A DNA stretch of 63,265 nucleotides, filler included, from Octopus bimaculoides (lineage: Eukaryota), in assembly GCF_001194135.2 (NCBI RefSeq). It is 3 parts of 3 records of this genome, joined end to end, with 100 filler letters (N's around TTAATTAATTAA, not from the genome) between each part and the next. Parts side by side here need not be neighbours in the genome. Positions count along the whole stretch, not along the records: positions 1 to 30,576 come from NC_068994.1; positions 30,677 to 60,061 come from NC_068987.1; 1 more part is not named here. One strand, 5' to 3'. Within the stretch, counting starts at the first letter, position 1. Every line of letters starts with the position of its first letter. Below the pieces are notes generated by a model. It was not told where the DNA came from, ran no database searches, and saw nothing but the letters and a program-made list of their open reading frames with translations. This document shows positions 24,493-36,473 of this stretch, piece by piece. The position numbers and the translations under genes are program-made.

Positions 24493-24768
24493 CATACATA
24501 CATACATACATACATTCACACACGCATATTACTGAACGAAATTTATCGTCAAACAATGAAGATCGTCAAACGCTGTATTGTTGCTGCTGTTGTATTCGAG
24601 GCCTTCTCTTTTCTTCATCATCATCGTGGTCTTCGTCATCATTGCTGTTATTTCTGATCGCCATCGTTCTCTCGATATGTCTTTACTAAAGTGATCGCGC
24701 GACTTTATCGAAATTTGAACAACATTTACTAAAAAAACACAAAAAAACAGAAACCTCAACTCACTTAC

Positions 24769-24847
24769 CTGCCTATTTTATGAGCCAGTAAACCAAATAC
24801 ATTTGTTCCTATCAAATACGAAATGCTCGCGGGTAAAAAGGCAACAC
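24769..24847 (-). CDS. VMAT: VMAT exon, 79 nt, (G)[25 protein letters not shown](R) (TM8)
   Basis: Acceptor ctttcctctttag, donor gtaagt. Matches [27 protein letters not shown]. Confidence 0.97.
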
Positions 24848-25274
24848 CTAAAGAGGAAAGTTGTAAGAATTAGCCAATGACAATTCCGATGCAAATATCA
24901 ATTTTTAATTAAACTTTCTACCTTTCGGTCAAACTCTCACTGCACAAACCTCTTTAAAACTAGATCTTATTTTCAACACTCTGGTACAGCTTTTTGCTTT
25001 TAACACATATGGCTGTGAAAGAAGACTTCAATATCCTTACATCTAAAATGAAATATACTTTTTAGAGCTAAAACATGTTCGGGGAAAATAACTCCTGCAA
25101 TCTTTACCCCATGAAAGGCCACCATCTGCTTTCACTATTTAGCGAAGATTCTCAGTTACATCTAGAGAAAGTTTCACACAAATCGATCGTTTTCTCGTAC
25201 CAGTATCAACGGCCTGTGTGTGTGTGTGTGAGCGTGTGTGTGTGTGAGCGTGTGTGTGTGTATGCGTGTGTGAG

Positions 25275-25393
<119 letters not shown>

Positions 25394-25492
25394 NNNNNNN
25401 NNNNNNNNNNNNNNNNNNNNNNNNNNNNNNNNNNNNNNNNNNNNNNNNNNNNNNNNNNNNNNNNNNNNNNNNNNNNNNNNNNNNNNNNNNNN

Positions 25493-25542
<50 letters not shown>

Positions 25543-25765
25543 AAGTGAGCGTGTGTGTGTGTATACCTTAATGTTTGTATTATTCCTTTCATATCATAGT
25601 TGACTTTTTTACAAGGGTAATGAAAGCATTGGCGCTCTGTCGACAAAGACAGCTCCAAGACCACAACTGTAGAACTCGATATTTAATCCATCAATTATAC
25701 TAACAGGATTACCAGTTCTTTAATAAAGCCTATCCCATAAATCTCCTCAAGTATGCAATTATCAC

Positions 25766-25813
<48 letters not shown>

Positions 25814-26477
25814 NNNNNNNNNNNNNNNNNNNNNNNNNNNNNNNNNNNNNNNNNNNNNNNNNNNNNNNNNNNNNNNNNNNNNNNNNNNNNNNNNNNNNNN
25901 NNNNNNNNNNNNNNNNNNNNNNNNNNNNNNNNNNNNNNNNNNNNNNNNNNNNNNNNNNNNNNNNNNNNNNNNNNNNNNNNNNNNNNNNNNNNNNNNNNNN
26001 NNNNNNNNNNNNNNNNNNNNNNNNNNNNNNNNNNNNNNNNNNNNNNNNNNNNNNNNNNNNNNNNNNNNNNNNNNNNNNNNNNNNNNNNNNNNNNNNNNNN
26101 NNNNNNNNNNNNNNNNNNNNNNNNNNNNNNNNNNNNNNNNNNNNNNNNNNNNNNNNNNNNNNNNNNNNNNNNNNNNNNNNNNNNNNNNNNNNNNNNNNNN
26201 NNNNNNNNNNNNNNNNNNNNNNNNNNNNNNNNNNNNNNNNNNNNNNNNNNNNNNNNNNNNNNNNNNNNNNNNNNNNNNNNNNNNNNNNNNNNNNNNNNNN
26301 NNNNNNNNNNNNNNNNNNNNNNNNNNNNNNNNNNNNNNNNNNNNNNNNNNNNNNNNNNNNNNNNNNNNNNNNNNNNNNNNNNNNNNNNNNNNNNNNNNNN
26401 NNNNNNNNNNNNNNNNNNNNNNNNNNNNNNNNNNNNNNNNNNNNNNNNNNNNNNNNNNNNNNNNNNNNNNNNNNNNN

Positions 26478-26514
<37 letters not shown>

Positions 26515-28054
26515 CACTGAACTCAACTGTCAGTTAAATACATTTTGAAATCTGATGATTGCTACGAACGTATGAAAGTGTTAATTGAACTTTATGAACA
26601 TTACAAAATATTTTTTTAATGTTTAACACACTTCAACATTGTAAAGAAAACAAAATTGAAAATAAAATAATAAAAACGTGAAAACCAGACCATGTTGCAA
26701 CTTTATTCAACTGATATATTCTTCTATACACATTTATACAAATTCTGGAAATTTATACATACATATATATATGTATATATACACACACACATACACAAAC
26801 ACACACACACACACATGCACATACACACATAATTAAATAATTAAGCACATAGGCGCAAAAATGTTGAAAAGACAATACTCGAAAGCTAAAGGTAGAGTCA
26901 ATACTGTTTTATTAAAGCTGAAAAAATCTTCACAAACTGTTACTCAGAGTTTCACCCGACTGTTTCTATTACCACAACTGTCTGACGATACACACAGACG
27001 CAGGCACACCCACACATTCACACACACATATACGCGCGCACACCCACACGTGTATGTGTATATGTGTATATATCATATAGAGAAATTTAGTTATATACAT
27101 ATGCATATATATACACATACATATATACATACACACACACCCATATGTATATATGTATGTATGTATGTATGAGTATAGACTAATTATTGGATAGATGATT
27201 AGAAATCCTCACAGCCAAACACACTTTAGGATGTATCCTTTGATTTGTTTTTGATAACTTTAAATATTTTAGAAAATATACGTGAAAGGAAAGTGAGAAT
27301 ATGTGTGTGTGTGCTAGAGAGAGGAGGAGAGAGAGGGAGGGAGAGAAAGAGAGAGAGTGGGTAAATATACGAACAAATGCCCTACTCCACCACTCACCAC
27401 CCTATCAAAACATCGATTACTGCCGAGATAAGTGATGTTGCCCAATGTACTATTGTCAACACCCATTGAGAATCTTGCTTAAGTGATTGACAAATGCCGC
27501 AGAAAAAAGCCAATATGGCAAATGTAAACAGAAGAGAGAAGAGGTTAACAACGAGATATTCACTTGGGCATGCGTAGCAATTTAGTTTTCATTTCCGGCG
27601 CCGCGCCCGTGTGCCGTTCCCGCTCGTTTCAGATCTTCACCACCCAATCTATCGCTGCAATGGAACATCCGGTAGACAAGTAATTGTGTGCATGTGTGAA
27701 TGTGAGTGTGTGCATGTGTATGTGTGCGTGCGCATATGTTTGAATGTGTATGTGTGTGTCAGCGTGTGCATGTGTGAGTGAGTAGGTGACACTTGTGCGT
27801 TACAAAGACACCCACCTCTATATAAAACCGCTATACACACAAACACACACACACACATGTAAGCGTTCGTAAATGGATATATCTATGCATCTATTCACAT
27901 ACATTCACACACATATATGTACAGACACGTGATATATATAATGTATTTATAGATATATATAAACATACACACACTTATGTGGCACACATATGTACGTAGA
28001 TAAGTGTGTGTGTGTATGTGCGTGCGCCCAACTGTTTGTGTGTGTGTATGTGTT

Positions 28055-28109
<55 letters not shown>

Positions 28110-28311
28110 ATACGTGTGCTTATATGGCGGCAAAGTGTGAGAATCATCGTTACAGTATCGGATAGAATAACTTGTGGTAATGCTGTCTCTCTCTGAATTC
28201 TGATCCCTCTGATGTCAACTTGACTTCTCGTCCTTCCAGGCTCCATAAATAAAGCTCCAGCAATATACCGAGGATGATTCTTCTGTTTGTCTATCTGTGT
28301 GTCGGTTTGTC

Positions 28312-28347
<36 letters not shown>

Positions 28348-28841
28348 ACCCCCTCTCTCTCTTTGTGTTCCCCCCTCTCTTTCTGATTATGTTTCATCCT
28401 GAGAAATATGGTGAAGAACCAGAGACTACTTACAGCGTCTGTTCCACCAGACATGAAAGCTTTAGTGAGGATTTCTTTTCTCAACCGTCCAAAACCCTGT
28501 TCAGTTCCCTTCATAAACCAGAATAGAATATGGCATAATGATAGTTTCACTGTAGTAGATTCAGTATGAAAATGAAACCATTAAAGTGAAAGTATCTGTC
28601 ATTACAGTATCGAAATGTGATTGTTTCAGTTAGTGGAATAGTTTCATTTTTAAAGTGAAAGTATTTGACATGAGTGTTTTTGTTTCACTTTTGACACGTA
28701 ATACTTAAATAGTGGAGGAGATATGATGTTGCTGTGGGCTCGAACTATGTAAGAAGTTAAAATTTTTTTTAACTAAAACACAACAGTAAGGCATGTGTAA
28801 AATTTGAATGAAATTGGTTGTGTAGTTCTCGAGTTTTAGGG

Positions 28842-28879
<38 letters not shown>

Positions 28880-29605
28880 ACATGCATTTTCATTTATATA
28901 TATATATAGATCATATATATGTGTGTGTATATATTATACTGTTGGTATATATGTGTGTTTGATTGTATGTATGCACATATGCTTGTACTAATTCTCTCCC
29001 TCTGTCACACTCACACACATACACACACACATGTACACTCACATACACACACATGTATATATATATAAGTACGTGCGTGCGCGTGTGTATGTAGTTTCCC
29101 CTGCTTCTATCCTCTCACTTAAATCTGGAACATTCACGTTTATAAATCTCTCGTTTTGTTCCCTTTTCCGAAAACCATTTTTTGAAAAAAAAAAAAAAAA
29201 AAAGAACCATTCTGTATATGGAATATTCAGACTTATGCCTGTTTCTATGGATTATTGTAGACTTATAATTGTTTCTGCAGGATATTTTAGACTTCTATAA
29301 TTTTTCTGAACTTCTTTCATTTAGTTTTTATCTTTCTAAATCCATTTTTTTTTTGTGTTTCTGCAAAACATTTCAGATTTACCTATTGTTCGTTTCAGGC
29401 AACGGAATACAAATAAATTGGCTATGAACTTTAGTGTATTGATGTTACTCTAACTGTGCTTGATATTGTTATATTCTATATTGAGGTTTCGATTCTTGAT
29501 TTAAAAAAAGAGAATAAATAGTCTCGTTTTATTTTTTTACTAGACCTTCAATTCTAATAAATATTTTTTAGCAATTCTGTTGCATAGCATATCATGTGTG
29601 TGTGT

Positions 29606-29669
<64 letters not shown>

Positions 29670-30060
29670 ACTCGGCTAGCAGACTACATATTAATCAAAC
29701 ACAAGGAAGTATAATGCAGAGCTCTATGCAGCTGAAATCCAGGAAACCCAATCAATAAGATAAAAGCAGAAATCTCTGAGATTGAAATAAGATGTGATCT
29801 CACAATCTCTGGATGTTATATTAGAATTTACTTTTTTACTATTTTTTACTATTTTTTATTACTTTAGTTAACGTTTTTACTTGTTTAATTCTTGCCATTA
29901 TGGACTCTCTGATGAAACTTTGGGGTTCAATCTTTGTCCAATTTTTGTACAATCTTTGTTTTAGTCTTGGTATGAGGTGTTAACTTTGGAATGCTGGATC
30001 TCCAAAGAAGAAACAGCTGTAAGAGTAGAGTTATATTCACTCGTTTATTTATTCATATAA
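29670..30060 (+). mobile_element. Putative Penelope-like 3' end/pLTR remnant
   Basis: A weak GIY-YIG-tail-like peptide (ELYAAEIQETQSI) upstream of a minimal hammerhead motif, the arrangement known for Penelope pLTRs. Confidence 0.45.
29904..30026 (+). ncRNA. Type I minimal hammerhead ribozyme-like motif with an enlarged stem II
   Basis: ACTCT-CTGATGA (29909-29915), stem II CTTTGG/CCAAAG, GAAAC (30010-30014), palindromic AGCT, GTA cleavage triplet, then AGAGT. Stem I is ACTCT/AGAGT. Confidence 0.6.
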
Positions 30061-30539
30061 TTGTAATTAATAAATAGATCTAGCTGATGTTTATAAGCTG
30101 ATGTCTGTCAATTAATTATCTTCTCTATTTTCCTCCTTGCCTTATAAATTCTCGTTAAACTTTTGTTTACCTCCACACATACCTATTATTCAATTGCACG
30201 ATTGCCTTACAACAGTAAGCATTTGGATATATATAGGTATACAGCCAGTAGTATATTGAATATTTTTTATCCCTTAGATGGTTGTCCAACCGCTAATTCA
30301 TATATATATATATATATATATCATTGAAAAACTTTTGAGTCAACAACAAGGAGTACGGTTGGACATTTCCAATCACTACAATTGTTTCTACACAACATAC
30401 TTCCCTAAGCATGCCGCTCAGCAGACTGATGTCTGAGGATCGCATCAAGTGGCTGCTAGCGGTGGAAGCCTGAACTACAACGGGATTGTCCTACATAGAA
30501 CGTTTCCGGTTACTTTTGAGTACCTCCTCGTGTATATAC

Positions 30540-30576
<37 letters not shown>

Positions 30577-30676
30577 NNNNNNNNNNNNNNNNNNNNNNNN
30601 NNNNNNNNNNNNNNNNNNNNTTAATTAATTAANNNNNNNNNNNNNNNNNNNNNNNNNNNNNNNNNNNNNNNNNNNN
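30577..30676. other. Artificial scaffold linker: 44 N + TTAATTAATTAA + 44 N
   Basis: Exactly 100 bp. An identical structure occurs at 60062-60161, and the 12-mer has stops in all six frames. Confidence 0.9.
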
Positions 30677-31419
30677 GAAATAGCAGTCAAAGAACTACTG
30701 ATTCTAAACTACAAATTCTTCTCTAAAACGGATGGCGATATTTATGGCACACATAGAACAAAAAACCGGAGGGAAAAGCGTAAACAAAACAAGTCTTTAG
30801 TTAATTGGATACGAATCGTTTCATGGTTAAATGAATGAAAATTTCACTATTCCAATCGTCAGCCCAAATATTCTGATAAATTTGAAAGTGTCTCTAAAAA
30901 AATTCTCGGTAATTTTTGGCCATGCGACACCAAAAATCAACGATAAGAAAGGCACTTACGAATTCATCGGCTAGTGAGTTCAGGCATCTCATCTCAAAGA
31001 AATCTATTCCATGTGCGTCACAAATAGTCCCGTATGAAAAGAAGTCCCGTATATATAAAAGAAGTTTGAAAACGCTAATATATAAAAAATGAATTTTAAT
31101 TTAACATTTTGTCTGAGATATTTTTAACATGTTTCGGTTCTTGTAAAAACGAACCTTATCAAAAATACATATTTAAAAAAATGAAATTAAATGAAAAGTT
31201 CATAATTGTTCCAACACGATCACTACTACTACTACTACAACCAACAAAAAATGCCTCCACGTGGACTATTGACACCAGTAAAGAACAATTATGAACTTTT
31301 CATTTAATTTCACTCGTATGTCACCTACACTTTTTTATCTATATATATATACATGCATACATACATACATACATACATACATACATACATACATACATAC
31401 ATAATACATACATATATAT

Positions 31420-31592
31420 CTCATTTTTTCTCTCCTTGTTTCTTTCCTTTTTACTTTCTGTGTTCCTTTCTGGGGAAGAGCGTAGGCTCGAAACGTTAAC
31501 GACTTTTTCACTTCCCGAGCGTTAAACTAATACATCTGCTTGTTGTCTACACTACCTGTTTTCATCTTTTGTTTTTTTTGTGAATTCTCCCT
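31420..31592 (+). mobile_element. Penelope-like pLTR remnant with a decayed hammerhead
   Basis: CTTT-CTGGGGA-A-GAGC gtag GCTC-GAAAC-GTT: stem II and GAAAC are intact, the core is mutated. Confidence 0.45.
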
Positions 31593-31610
31593 ATATATAT
31601 ATCCATTTGA

Positions 31611-31731
<121 letters not shown>

Positions 31732-33451
31732 TGTATAATATATATTTACGCACCTAAATATTTATTTGAGTGTATTGATGTGTTTAATAATATTGTCTGA
31801 AGCAACACTTCCTGTATTTTTCTCTCTAAACTCTGTCCCTCTCTCACTCATATCGATGCAAGCAATCCTACGCGCACTTTTGTAGATAAGAATACAGTCA
31901 TTTTGTTTAGTTTGCTATTATTAAATTCCTATTTCATGATATTGCTAATCGAATATCGCACTGAACAGCCGAAATCACATAAGTGTCATAGTATTAAATT
32001 TCAACCAGCAAGACCTTTTACTTTTGGGACCTGCGTTTGGCGACGAACAACGTCTGGGCCTGAATTATATGAAGAAGAGTTTTCTATTAAGAAGTTAGGG
32101 TATATATTTGAATCGCAGAAACATATACACGCAATCATTATTGTATCTTAGTTAGGTGCACAGAGAATCGACTCAGAATTGTATTTTTATTTTGTGGCTT
32201 ACAATTTTTCTTAGCTTCTTTTTGTGATATATCTAATTAACAAATTTGTAAGTTATGTCATACTGAATATTTCTGTAAAGGACGAAATAGTACTTTACAT
32301 TATTACCATTTACTAAAATTGTTGAATAATTGCCATAGTTTTAAAGAAGTTATTTATGTGAACTCTTTATATCTTCTTATTATTCATCAATTTCAAATTC
32401 AAATTTCTAAACCGACCGAAGTCTGTAAGGAGATAGGTACCTATTTTTACATTAATAGCTATTCAGAAGACACTACATTTAAAGAAACTATAATTATTTG
32501 TAAACATTTTTCGACAAGATACTACACTTATCTGTGAACGTCTTTTGATGAAAATTTGCTTCATCAATCATATTAGTCCATATTCCTTCATACGAAACTT
32601 CTTCAGAGAGAACTTACATGGGCCTCAGTGATATCCAGTGTATTCGAGCACCACAACATTCCTCATGCCCACCTCTGGACCACTAAACAGCTAAACATTG
32701 CGTTTTACGAAAACGAGCTGAATTGTCATATATTTGTCTTTAATTGTAATTTTGTAAATACTATGAGATATTAGTCTGCAGCTATTTACACCAGTACCTC
32801 GACTGTTTGCTGTCTTCATTCACTATGCTTTGTTCATCCTTGCTACTCTTATTCAATGAACGTTTTCTTTGAATTCTACGTAATCCAGTTGTTATTATTA
32901 GCGTGATTATAGAATTTTGATGTTGGAGCTAGTCTTCTTTCCTTCACATTTCTATTCATATGCATTTTATGACATCAATACTAAATTATGGTTTTAGATC
33001 TGTCACTTTCATGCGTCAAATTATCTGCCTAAGCTGAACAAACATATAAACACAATATATATACACGCGCGCGCGGAAACATATAAACGCATACATGGTA
33101 ATTATGTAGCTAAATACCGACGTAATCACAGACCTCAGCGTCACACAGGCCACATTCTATTGATAATGAATCAGGTACACATATTCACAAAAATATAAAT
33201 ATACATGTGCACAAGCTTCATTTTATATCATTCTTCATATATGTGCATGCGTGCATTTAGTTGGCCACACATGCGTGCGCAGAAATATATACAATTAGTA
33301 ACCAAACTAATATAGTCGAGTGTATTAATTCGGACATATACAAACACGGTGAGATAATCTTAAATATTCTAAAAGGAAATCAACCTCATGGATTGGAAAA
33401 CACGAACATGCACACATGCATGCATACATATATATAATATGTATAATATAT

Positions 33452-33847
33452 TGTTGCAAAATGCGGTCTCCTGACACCAAGACAGATCCAACAGTCATCT
33501 CACTAGTTGGGAAGCCGCAGACCAGCCCAGCGTTCCAAATTGCTTAGAGAGGAGGAAGTAGTTGTATCCGGCTATTTGACTTGTGTAATGTAGTTCGTCT
33601 CTCGGATTCACTTCGACTGGCCACATTGCATTTTATACACCGACTGTCTTAGTAGCCAACTTCACACTCACTGTCCTTTTATACTGTTTGTTTACACCAT
33701 GTTCTCTACGTTGCCATTTTCACGCTGCGCTCTTTAAGTCACCAACTGCTCGTGCACGTTTCCTTAGCAGTTCAAAACGTCCACCCCACAGTATAGATGC
33801 ACAAAACAAAGAAAAATGAGCACGTGATGCATTAAGTTATTTCTCCT
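33452..33847 (-). mobile_element. Solo-LTR-like element of about 400 bp
   Basis: Ends in ...TTTTGCAACA on the minus strand and contains TATAAAA boxes. Its 5' 115 bp match the adjacent inverted copy, which begins TGTTAC. Confidence 0.45.
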
Positions 33848-33858
33848 TATATATATAT

Positions 33859-33984
33859 TGTTACGAAGAAGAAATAACTTAATGCATCACGTGCTCGTTT
33901 TTTCTTTGTTTTGTGCGTCTACGCTGTGAGGTGGACGTTTTGAACTGCTAACGAAACGCTCAATAGCAGTCGGTGACTTAAAGA
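33859..33984 (+). mobile_element. Second, truncated copy of the same LTR-like element, head-to-head
   Basis: Begins TGTTACGAAGAAGAAATAAC, is about 90% identical to the reverse complement of 33731-33847, and is cut off by the mariner fragment. Confidence 0.5.
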
Positions 33985-34642
33985 CATGTAATCCTTGCCT
34001 TCAGTTCATCTTTGGTGTTACAAGGAGTTTTATAGGTATCTCGCTCAACTGCGCTCCACACATAATAATCAAGGGGGTTGCAGTCTGAGGAGTTAAGTGG
34101 CCAGATATTAGGGGTGCTGTGGTCGCAGAAATTGTGACAGCTATGACTGGGTTCTCCTACTTGTGTGGCATGGTGCAGAATCCTGCTGCCAAGCAAGGGG
34201 TCTTCCAGCAGCCACTCTCTTTACTCAGAGCAGCACTACCATCTTCAGGCACTTGATGTAGGCCTCCGTGTCGAGCCTGAGGCCGTGTGGGAAGATGAAT
34301 GGAGGCATAACGTCGTCATCACTTGTGATCACTTGAAACACCATGATGTTGACTGCATCTTTGATCTTTATCACTCTCGGTGACAAACATATTCGTATTG
34401 GTACATGTTCGTATTGGAGCTTTCGGGGCTTCGTATTTGAGCTTCCGCGCAAGTGCCAAGTAGTACAGGATGCCGATTCCAAATTTCTGGCAGAATGAAT
34501 AGCGTCACGGTGCTGTTTTTTTCTCACAGACGGTGTCCAACTGACACTTCTATGCTGTGTAGGCGACAAAATCAAAAACAAACAATGCGCATGTTCGAAA
34601 TGAAAAAATATAAAATCGTGACACTTTACCCATCGCACCCTG
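33985..34642 (-). mobile_element. Tc1/mariner transposon, deleted and 3'-truncated, 5' TIR present
   Basis: TA|CAGGGTGCGATGGGTAAAGTGTC terminus. Peptides NIMVFQVITSDDDVMPPFIFPHGLRL and IWPLNSSDCNPLDYYVW (WPxxSPDxNPLD motif). Confidence 0.9.
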
Positions 34643-35089
34643 TATAAGTATATATATGTATATATACATATACATATATATATATACATACATATATATN
34701 NNNNNNNNNNNNNNNNNNNNNNNNNNNNNNNNNNNNNNNNNNNNNNNNNNNNNNNNNNNNNNNNNNNNNNNNNNNNNNNNNNNNNNNNNNNNNNNNNNNN
34801 NNNNNNNNNNNNNNNNNNNNNNNNNNNNNNNNNNNNNNNNNNNNNNNNNNNNNNNNNNNNNNNNNNNNNNNNNNNNNNNNNNNNNNNNNNNNNNNNNNNN
34901 NNNNNNNNNNNNNNNNNNNNNNNNNNNNNNNNNNNNNNNNNNNNNNNNNNNNNNNNNNNNNNNNNNNNNNNNNNNNNNNNNNNNNNNNNNNNNNNNNNNN
35001 NNNNNNNNNNNNNNNNNNNNNNNNNNNNATATATATATATGACGGTGGTTGCCTACTCCTTATGCAGAGTTTGACACCACCCCCTCTAC

Positions 35090-35560
35090 CTACACCTTAG
35101 ACCCATCATGGCATCTGATGTGGCTTTTTAAACCAGACAATGTTCTGAAAAGACACGCACATAGATTGCACATCCGATTTAGACCTCCAAGAGCTACTGA
35201 TAAGTTCTGATCTTTGTGGATCTTAAAATGTCTTTTGAGGCCTCCGTTAGATCTGCAAACCTTCTGGAATACATTGTATTCCAAGGTATGCATAGACATA
35301 TAGTCAGAATAGTTGGTGGAAGTTCGTTTTCCATGAATTCACAAATCAGATTAGAGCCCAGCAAAAACCAGGCATGGTCTGTCACAAACTGTGCACAGAG
35401 AAAGGTCATTGCCATTGACCTTCTCGATCGTAACATTCTTCGTTAGATCTCTTTTGAGTCTTACATGCGTTATCCAGGCCTCTTCAAATGCTTTCACTCC
35501 ACTCCACACTTTCGTTCGCCATCTTTAGGTTGGAATTTGATAAGCGGAATCCCATAATGT
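35090..35560 (-). mobile_element. 3' end of an RTE-clade LINE with C2H2-type zinc fingers
   Basis: WRTKVWSGVKAFEEAW..., followed by CRSNGGLKRHFKIH and CNLCACLFRTLSGLKSHIRCH. Frameshifted. Confidence 0.65.
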
Positions 35561-36420
35561 GAAAGGGGTCTGAAACAAATTGCTGTTTCAAGATGGAATT
35601 GGAAGAATGCAACGAGAGAGAAGAAAATATTAGCGTATGCGTGCGTATATATTTACTTATATTCAACTAATATCAACTAATATCCAGGTAAGTATATTCA
35701 CATATCGATTTCAGACTCAGTTTTTTCATAAAAGCAAGCACAGACATCGAAAACATAAATTATGCGTGTGTGTGTATACACAGACTATACCCATATGCAT
35801 GCATATTCATACAACTACACATACATAAATGAATAAATCCATGCATTCATGTATAGTGATAAACACATAATCAGACTTATTCAGAAATATAGTACAACAG
35901 ACATAGGTATACTGTACGGATGATGTTTTATTTCATTCTATTTATTCGTATGTTTTGCTGAGAAAAATCCTTGTTTTTCTTATATGCAAGTAAGTAACAT
36001 ATATGTCTGTGAATGAGCTAGAAGCCATGTCTAGTATTACCAATTAGGTAGAAATAAACATGTTTAATACAGACCACAGAACATCTAATTATTAATACTT
36101 ACGCATTACTAAAGAGAATAGTTGCTCAATGTCTAATTCTTTTATCATCTTGACATATAGGGAATGTATTTCCTGATACATTTCAGTCTTATTAAATCTC
36201 CATAGGGTAGCTCTCTGAGTAATTAGTTTTCGTGATCTGTTTGAGTAAATATAGTAATTTTCATGAACTTCTCATGTAATAAAACAGTAAAGAAGCTTTG
36301 TTATTTCCGGATAAATTCTTTGGCGAGTAGGATAAAAGATGTCTGTGGTTTACTGCAATGGTAAACCGAAACATCTCCGCGGTTGCTGTTGTTGTTGTTG
36401 CTGTTTTTGTTTTTGTTTTT

Positions 36421-36471
<51 letters not shown>
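36421..36471 (+). repeat. (TAG)n microsatellite
   Basis: Directly visible. Confidence 0.98.

Positions 36472-36473
<2 letters not shown>

Larger units (their letters stand above)
4895..24847 (-). other. VMAT: Visible span (3' half) of a vesicular monoamine transporter gene, SLC18A1/2 family
   Basis: Six minus-strand exons with AG/GT boundaries. The five 3' exons join in frame; the phase mismatch between 24769 and 10289 implies one unseen exon. The translation matches roughly TM8-TM12 and the tail of human VMAT2 as recalled ([44 protein letters not shown], PPxKEEKM). GMVDSSMMP and IADVAF distinguish it from VAChT. Confidence 0.95.

Noticed and set aside
30621-30632. TTAATTAATTAA island within Ns (also 60106-60117) as a biological motif
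   Set aside because: The symmetric 44N-12-44N layout repeated twice marks an artificial linker.
35090-35299. C2H2 zinc-finger ORF as a member of the cephalopod ZNF expansion
   Set aside because: No TGEKP linkers, frameshifted, and contiguous with an RTE-type LINE C-terminus.
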